DNA of 64,000 bases, from assembly GCA_965209155.1 (NCBI GenBank), contig OZ242383.1, forward strand, positions 928,001 through 992,000, read 5' to 3'. Of the stretch, positions 19,689 to 29,250 are shown piece by piece. The stretch is from a bacterium (GTDB taxonomy: Bacteria; SAR324; NAC60-12). A program made the position numbers and the translations under genes. The number at the start of each line of letters is the position of its first letter. The first letter of the stretch is position 1. The notes below the pieces were generated by a model, which searched no databases, was not told the DNA's origin, and was given only the letters and a program-made list of their open reading frames with translations.

Positions 19689-20007
19689 TTTATATTTCTC
19701 CTACCACTCAAAAAAACAACATTCCACGATTCTCATTTGAACCTCCTAAAATTGTAAATCGAGGGAAGTTTCTCTGGCATTTGCGATACTGACTCACTGA
19801 CTCACCGAACGAGGCTATAGAATAAGTCCAAAATTTCTAAAAGATACCGCAAACCACTGCCTTCTTCGAATAATTTTTCAAACAGAGGCCAGATCACCTC
19901 CTGCAAAAGCGGAGATCGCTCGAGGGAGTCGCTGAAACTCACCCCGTCTATGTTGGGAGAGCCCTGATTAACCTTGGATAAAGCTAAAAAAATGACTTGA
20001 CCCCGAA

Positions 20008-20184
20008 ATGTTCTTTACAGAAGGTGGCGGAAACTTACAGCAAGTAGCAGAGTATTTTCGAAGGGATCTTTCCACATTGAGTCGACAACTCATCGCGCTT
20101 GAGGAACAAATCCGAAACGATTCTAGCCTGCATGAAAAACTGGATGGCTTGAGGCAGTATCTTAATACCAAAATACAAGTCTGA
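20008..20184 (+). pseudogene. Possible C-terminal HTH fragment of a REP-associated (Y1) transposase
   Basis: LQQVAEYFRRDLSTLSR..KIQV* ending in CTGACCCC; TGACCCC also occurs at ~19998 and ~21550. Confidence 0.4.
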
Positions 20185-20407
20185 CCCCTTTTCGATTCTT
20201 CTATTTTCTTAGAGGTGTTGGCCAAAAACTGATCTTTTTCCTTCGAGCTGCTTGGATCGTGAAGGTTCAATGTTTTTTTACGAAAGCTTGATGGAAGCAT
20301 TTTCTTCCCGGTTATTGACTTGCAATCTTTTGTGATAAGTCTATAATATTATTCATATTTTCTTGAAAACATAATCTCAGAATTTGTCACATCCAAATTA
20401 TTGATCA

Positions 20408-20780
20408 ATGAAACCATTCCAAGTTTATAAAAAGCACTGGGAGGAAGCCTTTCTCAGAAAAGAAACAGAGAAAGAACAGCACCGACAGGCGGCTTTGAGA
20501 GAGGCTGAGAGGCTCAAGCAAATTCTCATAGACGAATTTCGTGTAAAACGTATTATCTTTCGGTTCGGTCTTATGCAGAGGTGCTTTTGAAGCAGATTCT
20601 GACATTGACTTCGCCGTCGAAGGATTGGCGAAGGAAGAATATTTTCCCGCACTGGCCAGGCTGATGATGGCTAGTCCCTGGGAGGTAGATTTGAAACCCA
20701 TCGAAGAGATGGAAAAATTGCTTAGAGACCATATTGCCAAAGGACAGATTTTGTATGAAAAAAGAGAGTCTTCCTGGAAA
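20408..20780 (+). pseudogene. Minimal nucleotidyltransferase (MNT antitoxin), frameshifted, HEPN partner absent
   Basis: Rejoined frames give II(L)FGS...DSDIDFAVEGL...VDLKPIE; shift near 20558. Confidence 0.75.
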
Positions 20781-20803
20781 GTTTTGAATCTCTCTAAAAT
20801 CAA

Positions 20804-20825
20804 TGTTATAACATATGTAATAACA
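20804..20825. promoter_or_regulatory. Probable TA operator (tandem palindromes)
   Basis: TGTTATAACA and TGTAATAACA just upstream of the AbrB antitoxin start. Confidence 0.6.
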
Positions 20826-20846
20826 CTAAATATAAAAGGATTAATC

Positions 20847-21074
20847 ATGCAAGCATTAAAATTAAGAAAAATTGGGAATTCATTTGGGATAGTGTTTCCA
20901 AAAGAGGTTTTGGGACAAATTGGTGTTAGTGAAGGAGATTCATTGTTTTTAGTTGAAACACCAGAAGGAGCCTTTCAACTCACACCTTATGATCCTGAAT
21001 TCGAAAAACAGATGGAAATTGCTGAAAGAGGCATGTCAAAATACCGAAATACTTTAAGGACACTTGCCCAATGA
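20847..21074 (+). CDS. AbrB/MazE-family antitoxin
   Basis: MQALKLRKIGNSFGIVFPKE..LTPYDPEFEKQM; overlaps the doc start. Confidence 0.85.
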   Translation: MQALKLRKIGNSFGIVFPKEVLGQIGVSEGDSLFLVETPEGAFQLTPYDPEFEKQMEIAERGMSKYRNTLRTLAQ

Positions 21075-21460
21075 ATCCTCCTATATGGATTGAGAAATCG
21101 TTAGTTTTAGCCATTCAATCCCGCCTTCTTGTTGAACATGGCGGAGCTTCAGGAATCAGAGACGAAGGGCTGCTTGAATCAGCGTCAGATAAACCAAAAA
21201 ATTTATATTCGTATGGAAATCCTGACTTATATGATTTAGCAGTAGCATATATTACTGGGCTTGTTCAAAATCATCCTTTTGTTGATGGAAACAAACGAAT
21301 AGGATTTATGGCAGGATATATCTTTTTGGCAAGAAACGGGAAAGAACTCATCGCTGATGAAGCGGAAGCAGCTCAAATAATTCTTGATCTGGCTTCACAT
21401 TCCATAGAAGAAATCCAACTGAAAAGATGGTTAATTGAAAACTGTGTGGATGAGGCCTAG
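21071..21460 (+). CDS. doc: Death-on-curing (Fic/Doc) toxin
   Basis: HGGASGIRDEGLLESA and HPFVDGNKR. Confidence 0.9.
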   Translation: MNPPIWIEKSLVLAIQSRLLVEHGGASGIRDEGLLESASDKPKNLYSYGNPDLYDLAVAYITGLVQNHPFVDGNKRIGFMAGYIFLARNGKELIADEAEAAQIILDLASHSIEEIQLKRWLIENCVDEA

Positions 21461-21568
21461 ACTGGCCACATAGTGGAAAATCCTCAGCTGAGCAAAAAGT
21501 ATCGAGGGATTACCCCACATTTAAACCTTGAATAAAGCGAAAAAAGATCTGACCCCTTTCTTTTCATT

Positions 21569-22233
21569 CTAGGGATATCCTCCGGCAGGAAGGACATCGG
21601 CCAATTGGTCACGGACCCCGTAGGGGTCGAAGAGGGCTTCTACCTGAGCCCAAGTGGTAGGATCCACCGGGATGCCCTGGACCAATCGCTCTTGGCGCGT
21701 CTTGGCGGATCTTTCCCCCGGAAAGAAAACCCCGCTCGATCCTTCCATCAGGGGGGTGTTTTGAAGGTATCTCATCATCTGTTGGGCCTCGGCCCGGATG
21801 GTTTCCAGGGGCGCCATGCGGCCCAGGTCGATGATGAGTATCGTGGATCCTGCCCTCAGATCCATCTTTCTTGGAGGACAAGCGATCTGGCCCAGAAGTG
21901 CCCCGAAAAGCGCGACCATTACCGAGAGCGCATATCCCTCGCCAGTTCGGTCGCTCGTGTGGCAACCACCTGTCCGAAGGTAGAATGGCCATTGATCTGG
22001 AGGATCGCCCCATGGTTGCCAACAACTTCCGGCTCTGCCTTTGGATCGCAATCTCCATCCTCAATGTTTTTCAGGTACTGGGGGATGCGAATGAACCCAT
22101 GGGAATCGTATCCCGCAAGATTGGCATTGGCCAGGTGGTCCGCCACGATACCGGCGTGGCCGGCCGAGGCTCCTCCCGCCTGCATCATCACATCGGTTAT
22201 CCGGACAATCTGATGTTTCGTTAATATTGGCAT
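21569..22233 (-). pseudogene. Ldh_2 oxidoreductase with internal deletion, cassette copy B
   Basis: About 410 bp missing relative to 866-1942; junction GGCGA|GGGATATGCG shifts frame. Confidence 0.9.
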
Positions 22234-22343
22234 GGATAGCTCCTAAGAATTCAGTTAAATGGCTCCCCTCCCCTCGTGAGAGCCATACGCGGAAGCAGTC
22301 GACGTGGAACGGGGTATCAGCGGAGAGCACCCTTACTCACCCA

Positions 22344-23096
22344 TCACCCCGCGGTTATTCCGCCGTCAATGGAGAAGTCGCTACCGGTGACATAAGAGGA
22401 CTCGTCCGAAGCCAGGTAAAGGGCGCCGTAGGCAATGTCTTCCGGCTGGCCCTGGCGGCCTAGGGGAATCATGTTGAACGTGTTCTGCCGGTATTCTTCG
22501 TCCTCCATCAAGTAGGCGTTCATCATTGTTTCGGTGCTGCCCGGATTTATGGCGTTGCCGCGGATACCTTCCCGGGAGTATTGACTAGCGGTGGACTTGG
22601 TCAATAGCCGTACCGCAGCCTTGGACACGGTGTAGGCGCACGATGCCTCCGCGCCGGCAAACAGCCCAGACACCGAAGCAATGTTGATAATGGAGCCGCC
22701 ACCCGCTTTCCGCGTCTCGGGTATGGCGTGTTTTGTCCCCAGAAACGCACCCTTGGTATTTGTATCCCAAACCTGGTCCCACTGTTCGCTGGTGGTCTCC
22801 TCCACCAGACCGGTTCGGAAAATAGCGGCGTTGTTCACCAGAACGTCCAGTTTCCCGAAGTGGGCGATGGTGGACGTCACGGCTTGTTGCCACTCAGCCT
22901 CGCTGGTGACGTCCAACCGGACGAAGAGGCACTCGGCGCCGGTTTCATTAATTTCGGTCTCGGTCTGACGCCCTTCTTCTTCCAGCACGTCTCCGAAGAC
23001 CACTTTGGCCCCTTCCCTGGCAAACAACTTGGCCATCGCTGCGCCCATGCCCCTGGCTCCCCCGCTGAAAAAAGCGACTTTGTCTTTCAGCCTCAT
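22344..23096 (-). CDS. SDR family oxidoreductase, copy B
   Basis: SGGARGMG, NNAA, YTVSK, NPG, IDGG. Confidence 0.9.
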   Translation of the reverse strand: MRLKDKVAFFSGGARGMGAAMAKLFAREGAKVVFGDVLEEEGRQTETEINETGAECLFVRLDVTSEAEWQQAVTSTIAHFGKLDVLVNNAAIFRTGLVEETTSEQWDQVWDTNTKGAFLGTKHAIPETRKAGGGSIINIASVSGLFAGAEASCAYTVSKAAVRLLTKSTASQYSREGIRGNAINPGSTETMMNAYLMEDEEYRQNTFNMIPLGRQGQPEDIAYGALYLASDESSYVTGSDFSIDGGITAG

Positions 23097-23790
23097 GGTT
23101 CCCCTCCGTCGTTGAATTTGGGAAGCAAGGCCACGGAACGGACCTCGCCAAACTCCTTTTGCAGCTTTTGCCACAAATCACCACCGTCTTCGCTCACGTA
23201 CACATAGCCGAGGATGCTGGCCGCGACGATTACGTTGGGCCGCTCCTTGTGAGTGGCGATCCCATAGATATTGGAGTTGGGCTCTTCCGGCAGAGGCACC
23301 GGTTCCCAGCTTTTGCCACCATCCTGGGTGCGCTGCACGGCACCGGTTGTACCGGGAATAAAGTCGCCGTTGCCGACGAACATGACATCGGGGTTATCCG
23401 CTTTGATGACCATGCCGCGGCAGTAGGACCCGGAGTCTGCTTCATGGAACTTGGGGAAATGCGGAATCCCTCGGGCCGCGTGCCCACGAAAAGGGTGTCC
23501 GGGTCCGTGGGGTCCACAGTCACCGACCAGACCTCGAGGTTCGATGTGGGGGCATCCAGGTTTTCCCAGGTCGCGCCGCCGTCTTCGCTGCGGAAAACGC
23601 CCACGTCGGAACCGGCCAATACCCCCCGGGGGTTGTCCGGATACACGCACAACGCCCTGACGTTGCCCTCATCCGGTATAGTTTTCTTGGGCTCCAGGCG
23701 ACCAACGTGGGTCCAGGATTCACCGCCATCGGAACTCGCGTTCAGGTCTTGGCCGACGGTGCCGATGAGAATTGTGTAATTTTTTGCCAT
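23093..23790 (-). pseudogene. BNR beta-propeller with internal deletion, copy B
   Basis: Junction GGATTCCGC|ATTTCCCCAAG removes the central blades and shifts frame. Confidence 0.9.
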
Positions 23791-24017
23791 ATCGCGTCTC
23801 CTCCTGGAATTCCCTCTCCCCTTAATGCCTTGGCAAGGAGAGAGGGAATCGAGTGGGCTTTCTACTCCGGACTCTATGCCATGCAGAACCTGTGATTAAA
23901 TCGATGGGTTCTCCGAAGATACCTGAATAGATACATTTACAGTTTGAAAAAACTGTGCAAAATAGAATAAAGAGTTTGTTACATAGGAATAGAGCCAAGC
24001 GATCGTTGAGGTAAAAT

Positions 24018-24344
24018 ATGTCTTCAGAGCAACCTGGATCACAAGAAAAAATCCTCTCACTCTTGTCGAGGATCGGCTGGGATCACAATCTCACGCCGAG
24101 GGAGTGTTATCAGCTATTGATCGGAGAAAATAAAGAAATAAGAGGGATGGACATCAATCATATTTACTATCGTATTCTTACATCATTTGACTGGTACACT
24201 ATATTAGAAATGATTCCTGCCCATAAGCTGCACCAGGCAGTCAGTCCTCCTGTTGTCAATAAGATCAAATCAGAAACCTTGAGAGAAAAATTCACTCATG
24301 CCAGACACATTTTATCAGGACAAACTGTACCCATTTCAGGATAA
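24018..24344 (+). CDS. Small protein, probable antitoxin/partner of the AbiEii-like toxin
   Basis: Overlaps the start of the AbiEii-like gene; role inferred from position. Confidence 0.6.
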   Translation: MSSEQPGSQEKILSLLSRIGWDHNLTPRECYQLLIGENKEIRGMDINHIYYRILTSFDWYTILEMIPAHKLHQAVSPPVVNKIKSETLREKFTHARHILSGQTVPISG

Positions 24345-24987
24345 AATTCTAAAAATTTTGGGGAAGGCAAATACCGAGTTTTATCTGACCGGAGGCACCG
24401 CACTCAGTCGGTTTTTACTCCATCATCGGTATTCTGATGATCTTGATTTTTTTCTCAACGCGTCCACCTCCTTTAAAAAACAAGTTCAAACCATCATTGA
24501 TCTTCTGAATAAAAATACAATCCCCTTTCAATCAGCGATTCCTTCCGAGGATTTTTTTAGAGTGTTGCTGCCCCTGCCTTTTGAACATGAGAAATCGCTG
24601 CAAATTGATTTTGTGAATGATGTTGGGGTTCATTATGGGGAGTTCCACAGTTCGGAATTATTCCCAAGAATTGATAATTGGCGAAATATCCTTTCGAATA
24701 AAATTTCTGCTTTAAGTCGAGAAGAAGCAAAGGACATAGTCGACCTTTTGTTGATATCACAGACTTATGAATTCGAGTGGAAAGAGGTGATTGGGGAGGC
24801 AAATCAGAAAGATGCATGGGTCGATCCCTTGGCGATATCAAAACGCTTGGATGAATTTCGAATAGAAACTTTACAATCCATTAAATGGGTCATCCCTGTG
24901 GATGTCCATGCGTTTACCAAAGCTTTAAAAACGCTACAGCAAGACATTTTCTTTGGCAAACAAAATTCTCTGGCAGCCAGGGCCTGA
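24298..24987 (+). CDS. AbiEii/AbiGii-family nucleotidyltransferase
   Basis: FYLTGGTALSR..HRYSDDLDFF, NKISA..R..KDIVDL. Confidence 0.85.
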   Translation: MPDTFYQDKLYPFQDKILKILGKANTEFYLTGGTALSRFLLHHRYSDDLDFFLNASTSFKKQVQTIIDLLNKNTIPFQSAIPSEDFFRVLLPLPFEHEKSLQIDFVNDVGVHYGEFHSSELFPRIDNWRNILSNKISALSREEAKDIVDLLLISQTYEFEWKEVIGEANQKDAWVDPLAISKRLDEFRIETLQSIKWVIPVDVHAFTKALKTLQQDIFFGKQNSLAARA

Positions 24988-25163
24988 TCGGCCATCACTG
25001 TGGCATAACTTTTCTGCCTCCCATCCAGGGATTCAATGCGCTTCAGGAGAGATTGGGTCAGTTCGACTGAAGAAATGTCCCGGTTTTGGAGGAGGGCGGC
25101 TACCTCCCGCAATGATTTAAAATGAAGCTCTTTAAATTCCTTAACATCCATAATCTTTTCCAT
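24970..25163 (-). pseudogene. N-terminal fragment of an amidase (GatA-like)
   Basis: LHFKSLREVAALLQNRDISSVELTQSLLKRIE..ATVMADQALAAR, then runs antisense into the AbiEii gene. Confidence 0.75.
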
Positions 25164-25293
25164 AATGTTTTTTAAAAGTTAAAATGTTGTTAATTTTTAT
25201 CCTTGAGCGACAGATCCGTTTATATACCAAAACCGTTTTTGGCGATACCCCTGAAGAAGCTTTGAACGATCAGCTCAAATGACTTGTTCTATT

Positions 25294-26370
25294 TTAAATT
25301 TGGCCAACCTGATTCAGGTATTTTTGTAGGAATGGCTGGACTTCGACAATTTTTTTCGAATGCGCTGACTCAAGGGCAGCAAACAGGAGAGCGGCGCACT
25401 GGATATTGTCTTCAAGGCTGTTTGGAGGTTCGGCTCCCCCTAGCAACCACTGACAGAAAAGTTCTGCCAACCAGGAATTCATCCAGGCTTCCTGTTCGAG
25501 AAGAGGAATCTCCTTTTCGAAAGCGTCCTCCAGTTGTGCGTGAATTCGCAGTTGCCGTTTATCGAGTTCAAGGGTCGCCAATTCGCATTCCGCACGCCAA
25601 TAATCCTGGAGCCAACCATTCAGTTGTGAAGCATTGGTTTTGGCACCTTCGTAAACCACTTTGACGCCATTGTCCATCTCCACCAGCATCACAGCTTGAG
25701 GATCTCCCTGGAACTCACTCCATTCAGGGTTCCATGTGACACAATGCACGGATTCCGCATTGGCTTTCGTGAGCGAACGCATGATATCGAAGTGATGAAC
25801 CAAGGCTTCAATCAGCAGGGGATCCGCAATGTCATAGGGGTACTCCAATCCCCATTGTCCGCGTTTGCGACAGGTCCATGTGTTACGTCCCACCAGATAG
25901 TCCAAACGACCATAGTGGCCCGAATGAATGTGGCGTTGCAGAGTTTGTTTGTCTTGATCGAAGCGGTGGCTCATCGTCACTGCCATCTTGAGCCCCGCCC
26001 CCTTGACTTTTTGATAGATTCGACAACTGGCCTCCATTGTATCGGCAATCGGTTTCTCAGAGAGGATGTGGTCATCATATCGAATGGCCAAATCCACCAT
26101 TTCTTCATGAGCAGCCGGAGGAACAACGATGGTGATAAAATCCGCATCTTGTTCTGCCAGTGCCTGTTCCGCCTTGGTATAGAGCTGTGTGTCGTCAAGA
26201 TTCAACTGTTGCTTCGCCTGACCAAGCATATCCGGATTGATGTCGACTGCTGCAACAGGGATCGCAAGACCAAGTTTTTTCAAGTGAGGCATCACGATTG
26301 TACACCAACGTTGTCCGTGTCCTCCTACGCCAATCTGGATGTAACGCAATGGTTTCTGTGCTGATGTCAT
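25294..26370 (-). CDS. Gfo/Idh/MocA oxidoreductase
   Basis: IGVGGHG, EKP motif, HHFD. Confidence 0.9.
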   Translation of the reverse strand: MTSAQKPLRYIQIGVGGHGQRWCTIVMPHLKKLGLAIPVAAVDINPDMLGQAKQQLNLDDTQLYTKAEQALAEQDADFITIVVPPAAHEEMVDLAIRYDDHILSEKPIADTMEASCRIYQKVKGAGLKMAVTMSHRFDQDKQTLQRHIHSGHYGRLDYLVGRNTWTCRKRGQWGLEYPYDIADPLLIEALVHHFDIMRSLTKANAESVHCVTWNPEWSEFQGDPQAVMLVEMDNGVKVVYEGAKTNASQLNGWLQDYWRAECELATLELDKRQLRIHAQLEDAFEKEIPLLEQEAWMNSWLAELFCQWLLGGAEPPNSLEDNIQCAALLFAALESAHSKKIVEVQPFLQKYLNQVGQI

Positions 26371-26390
26371 AACAGTTCCTTATTGCTATT

Positions 26391-27055
26391 CTAGGGATTT
26401 TCTCCAGAGGGAACGACATCCGCCAATTGGTCAAGGACCCCATAACGGTCGAAGAGTGCTTCTACCTGATCCCAAGTGGTGGGATCCACCGGGATGCCCT
26501 GGGCCAATCGCTCTTGGCGCGTCTTGGCGGATCTTTCTCCCGGAAAGAAAACCCCGCTCGATCCTGCCATCGGGGGGGTGTTTTGAAAGTATCTCATCAT
26601 CTGTTGGACCTCGGCCCGGATGGTTTCCAGGGGCGCCATGCGGCCCAGGTCGATGATGAGTATCGTGGATCCTGCCCACAGATCCATCTTTCTTGGAGGG
26701 GAAGCGATCTGGCCAAGAAGTGCCCCGAAAAGCGCGACCATGACCAAGAGCGCATATCCCTCGCCAGTTCGGTCGCTCGTGTGGCAACCACCTGACCAAA
26801 GGTAGCATGGCCATCGATCTGGAGGATCCCCCCATGGTTGCCAACGACTTCCGGCTCTGCCTTTGGATCGCAATCTCCGTCCTCAATGTTTTTCAGGTAC
26901 TGGGGGATGCGAATGAACCCATGGGAATCGTATCCCGCAAGATTGGCATTGGCCAGGTGGTCCGCCACGATACCAGCGTGGCTGGCCGAGGCTCCTCCCG
27001 CCTGCATCATCACATCGGTTATCCGGACAATCTGATGTTTCGTTAATATTGGCAT
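26391..27055 (-). pseudogene. Ldh_2 oxidoreductase with the same internal deletion, copy C
   Basis: Identical junction CTGGCGAGGGATATGCG as in copy B. Confidence 0.9.
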
Positions 27056-27077
27056 GAATAGCTCCTAAGAATTCAGT

Positions 27078-27773
27078 TTAGCGGTGATAGAGGGAAACCC
27101 TCCCCGCTAACCACTGGATGCCCCGCCCCACTACCGTTCGAAAACCGGGGTTTGCGTAGGCCTGGTTATCGTGCCCGTTCTGATAGCAGAAGACCCTCGC
27201 CTTACCGAAGGTCCGCGTCCACGCGATCGTCTTCATACTTTGGGGATGATTGGTGGTGAGCAGGATGTGGCTATCCTCGTCCGCGTCGTCTATGTTATAG
27301 GTCTCGTCGACGATGTCCCATGGCTCCAGTGTGGCAGTGATGGGGTGCTCGGTGTCCGCGACGTCGATGTGCACGGTCTGGTCGAAGGCGCATGGTACAC
27401 TGCCTCGCTGACGCATGCCGCTAAGCTCTCTCCATAGCGGCCAGTCGGGAAAGGCTACCAGCGCGTGATGCAGCAGAAATATCCCCTGGTCCCCATCGCG
27501 AAGGCCCTCCAGTGTCTCCTTTATGGCTCCGCTCTGCTTAGATGTTCCGGGCTCTAATTTGCCATCTTTTTCAGCGGGCGTGCGGAGGTGCATGTTGTAG
27601 AACACTAATACGTCGTAGTTCCCTGGACCACGTGCCGAGTCGAAAACGAAGTCCCACATGTTCTGAGGGTAGGCCTCGATTTCGGGAATGGTGCGAAGCA
27701 TGGACTGGAAGCCGACCACGTCGTACGGGTGCCCGCCGGTAATCACTGCTGTTTTTATCTTTCCATTCGTCAT
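27078..27773 (-). CDS. ThuA-like protein, copy C
   Basis: Paralogue of 2024-2704. Confidence 0.85.
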   Translation of the reverse strand: MTNGKIKTAVITGGHPYDVVGFQSMLRTIPEIEAYPQNMWDFVFDSARGPGNYDVLVFYNMHLRTPAEKDGKLEPGTSKQSGAIKETLEGLRDGDQGIFLLHHALVAFPDWPLWRELSGMRQRGSVPCAFDQTVHIDVADTEHPITATLEPWDIVDETYNIDDADEDSHILLTTNHPQSMKTIAWTRTFGKARVFCYQNGHDNQAYANPGFRTVVGRGIQWLAGRVSLYHR

Positions 27774-27925
27774 GTTTCTGTCTCCTGCGTAATGTTTCGC
27801 TTAACCACGTAAATCGTTTATTCCCTTGTCATAGGGTTTCGCTTCGCTCCACCGGAATGCCTGGGCCGCATTCGGAGACCACCCATGCTGTTATGACATG
27901 CTCCGTTGGAGCAAATACGGTCCGG

Positions 27926-28951
27926 TTAGTTAGGCAGCAAGGCCACGGAACGGACCTCGCCAAACTCCTTTTGCAGCTTTTGCCACGAATCACCCCCATC
28001 TTCGCTCACGTACACATAGCCGAGGATGCTGACCGCGACGATTACGTTGGGTCGCTCCTTGTGAGTGGCGATCCCATAGATATTTGAGTTGGGCTCTTCC
28101 GGCAGAGGCACTGGTTCCCAGCTTTTGCCACCATCCTGAGTGCGCTGCACGGCACCGATTGTACCGGGAATACCGTCGCCGTTGCCGACGAACATGACAT
28201 CGGGGTTATCCGCTTTGATGACCATGCCCCGGCAGTAGGACACGCGATCCGCTTCATGGAACTTGGGGAAATAGTGGTAATCCCAGCTTTCGCCTTCGTC
28301 GTGGCTGGTGGCGAGCCCAAAGGGAGAGGTACAGTAGACTGCGGAACGGGCGCCAGTTTTCAGAGCCATACTGTGAATGTCACCGTGGAAGGGATTAGGA
28401 CCCAGGTCGGGCAGGTGTATCCAGTTGTCTCCGCCATCCAGGCTCTTGTAAACCCCGTCAACCTCCATGCTAGCCCAGATGGTGCGGTTGTCCCTGGGAT
28501 CTACGATCATGCAGGTGGTCCGCGGCGGTGAGGGAGGTTCAGTGACGGGGCTCTTCATGTTTACGCCCATATGAAGCTTGCTCCAAGACCTCCCCCCATC
28601 CCTGGAGCGGAATCCCTCGGGCCGCGTGCCCACGAATAGGGTGTCCGGGTCCGTGGGGTCCACAGTCACCGACCAGACCTCAAGGTTCGATGTGGGGGCA
28701 TCCAGGTTTTCCCAGGTCGCGCCGCCGTCTTCGCTGCGGAAAACGCCCACGTCGGAACCGGCCAATACCCGACGGGGGTTGTCCGGATACACACACAACG
28801 CCCTGACGTTGCCCTCCGTCGGTAGTGTGTTTTTCAGCTTGGGCGTGTGGTAGATTTCAGGGCGAATGTTGGTCCAGGATTCACCGCCGTCGGCACTCAC
28901 GTTCAGCCCTTGGCCGATGGTGCCAATGAGGATTGTGTAATCTTTTGCCAT
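27926..28951 (-). CDS. BNR beta-propeller protein, copy C
   Basis: Asp-boxes; paralogue of 2909-3907. Confidence 0.85.
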   Translation of the reverse strand: MAKDYTILIGTIGQGLNVSADGGESWTNIRPEIYHTPKLKNTLPTEGNVRALCVYPDNPRRVLAGSDVGVFRSEDGGATWENLDAPTSNLEVWSVTVDPTDPDTLFVGTRPEGFRSRDGGRSWSKLHMGVNMKSPVTEPPSPPRTTCMIVDPRDNRTIWASMEVDGVYKSLDGGDNWIHLPDLGPNPFHGDIHSMALKTGARSAVYCTSPFGLATSHDEGESWDYHYFPKFHEADRVSYCRGMVIKADNPDVMFVGNGDGIPGTIGAVQRTQDGGKSWEPVPLPEEPNSNIYGIATHKERPNVIVAVSILGYVYVSEDGGDSWQKLQKEFGEVRSVALLPN

Positions 28952-28976
28952 CTCGCGTCTCCTTGGTATCGAGTTG

Positions 28977-29021
28977 TTAAAATAATGTTAGTTGCTGTTG
29001 GTGGAGTTTTTTATACTCCTT
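28977..29021 (-). mobile_element. IS200-type tnpA 3' relic
   Basis: KEYKKLHQQQLTLF*, same relic as 35729-35842. Confidence 0.55.
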
Positions 29022-29034
29022 ATTTCTTTCCGCT

Positions 29035-29250
29035 CCCCTTAGATCCTAAATTAGCTCCTGGAAGGGGCTCCTCGTGATCGTACTCGTGAGACGTGCTCGT
29101 GCTCGTGAACGAAACGACATCCCATAGAACCCTGGATTCCATACCTTCTCTTCTCTTCGGGCTTCCCCATCTCAAAGGGATCGGGAATGTTGCAATCGAG
29201 CACGTGCACGAGCACGATGACGAGCACGGGTCTGTCCCCCTTAGATCCTA
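29035..29250. repeat. CTCGTG-arm element copy 2 flanked by a 14-bp direct repeat
   Basis: CCCCTTAGATCCTA at 29035-29048 and 29237-29250; core is the inverted homologue of 10649-10822. Confidence 0.8.

Noticed and set aside
20625..21074. 149-aa MNT-AbrB fusion ORF
   Set aside because: Read-through from a pseudogene; the AbrB gene has its own RBS, ATG (20847) and operator
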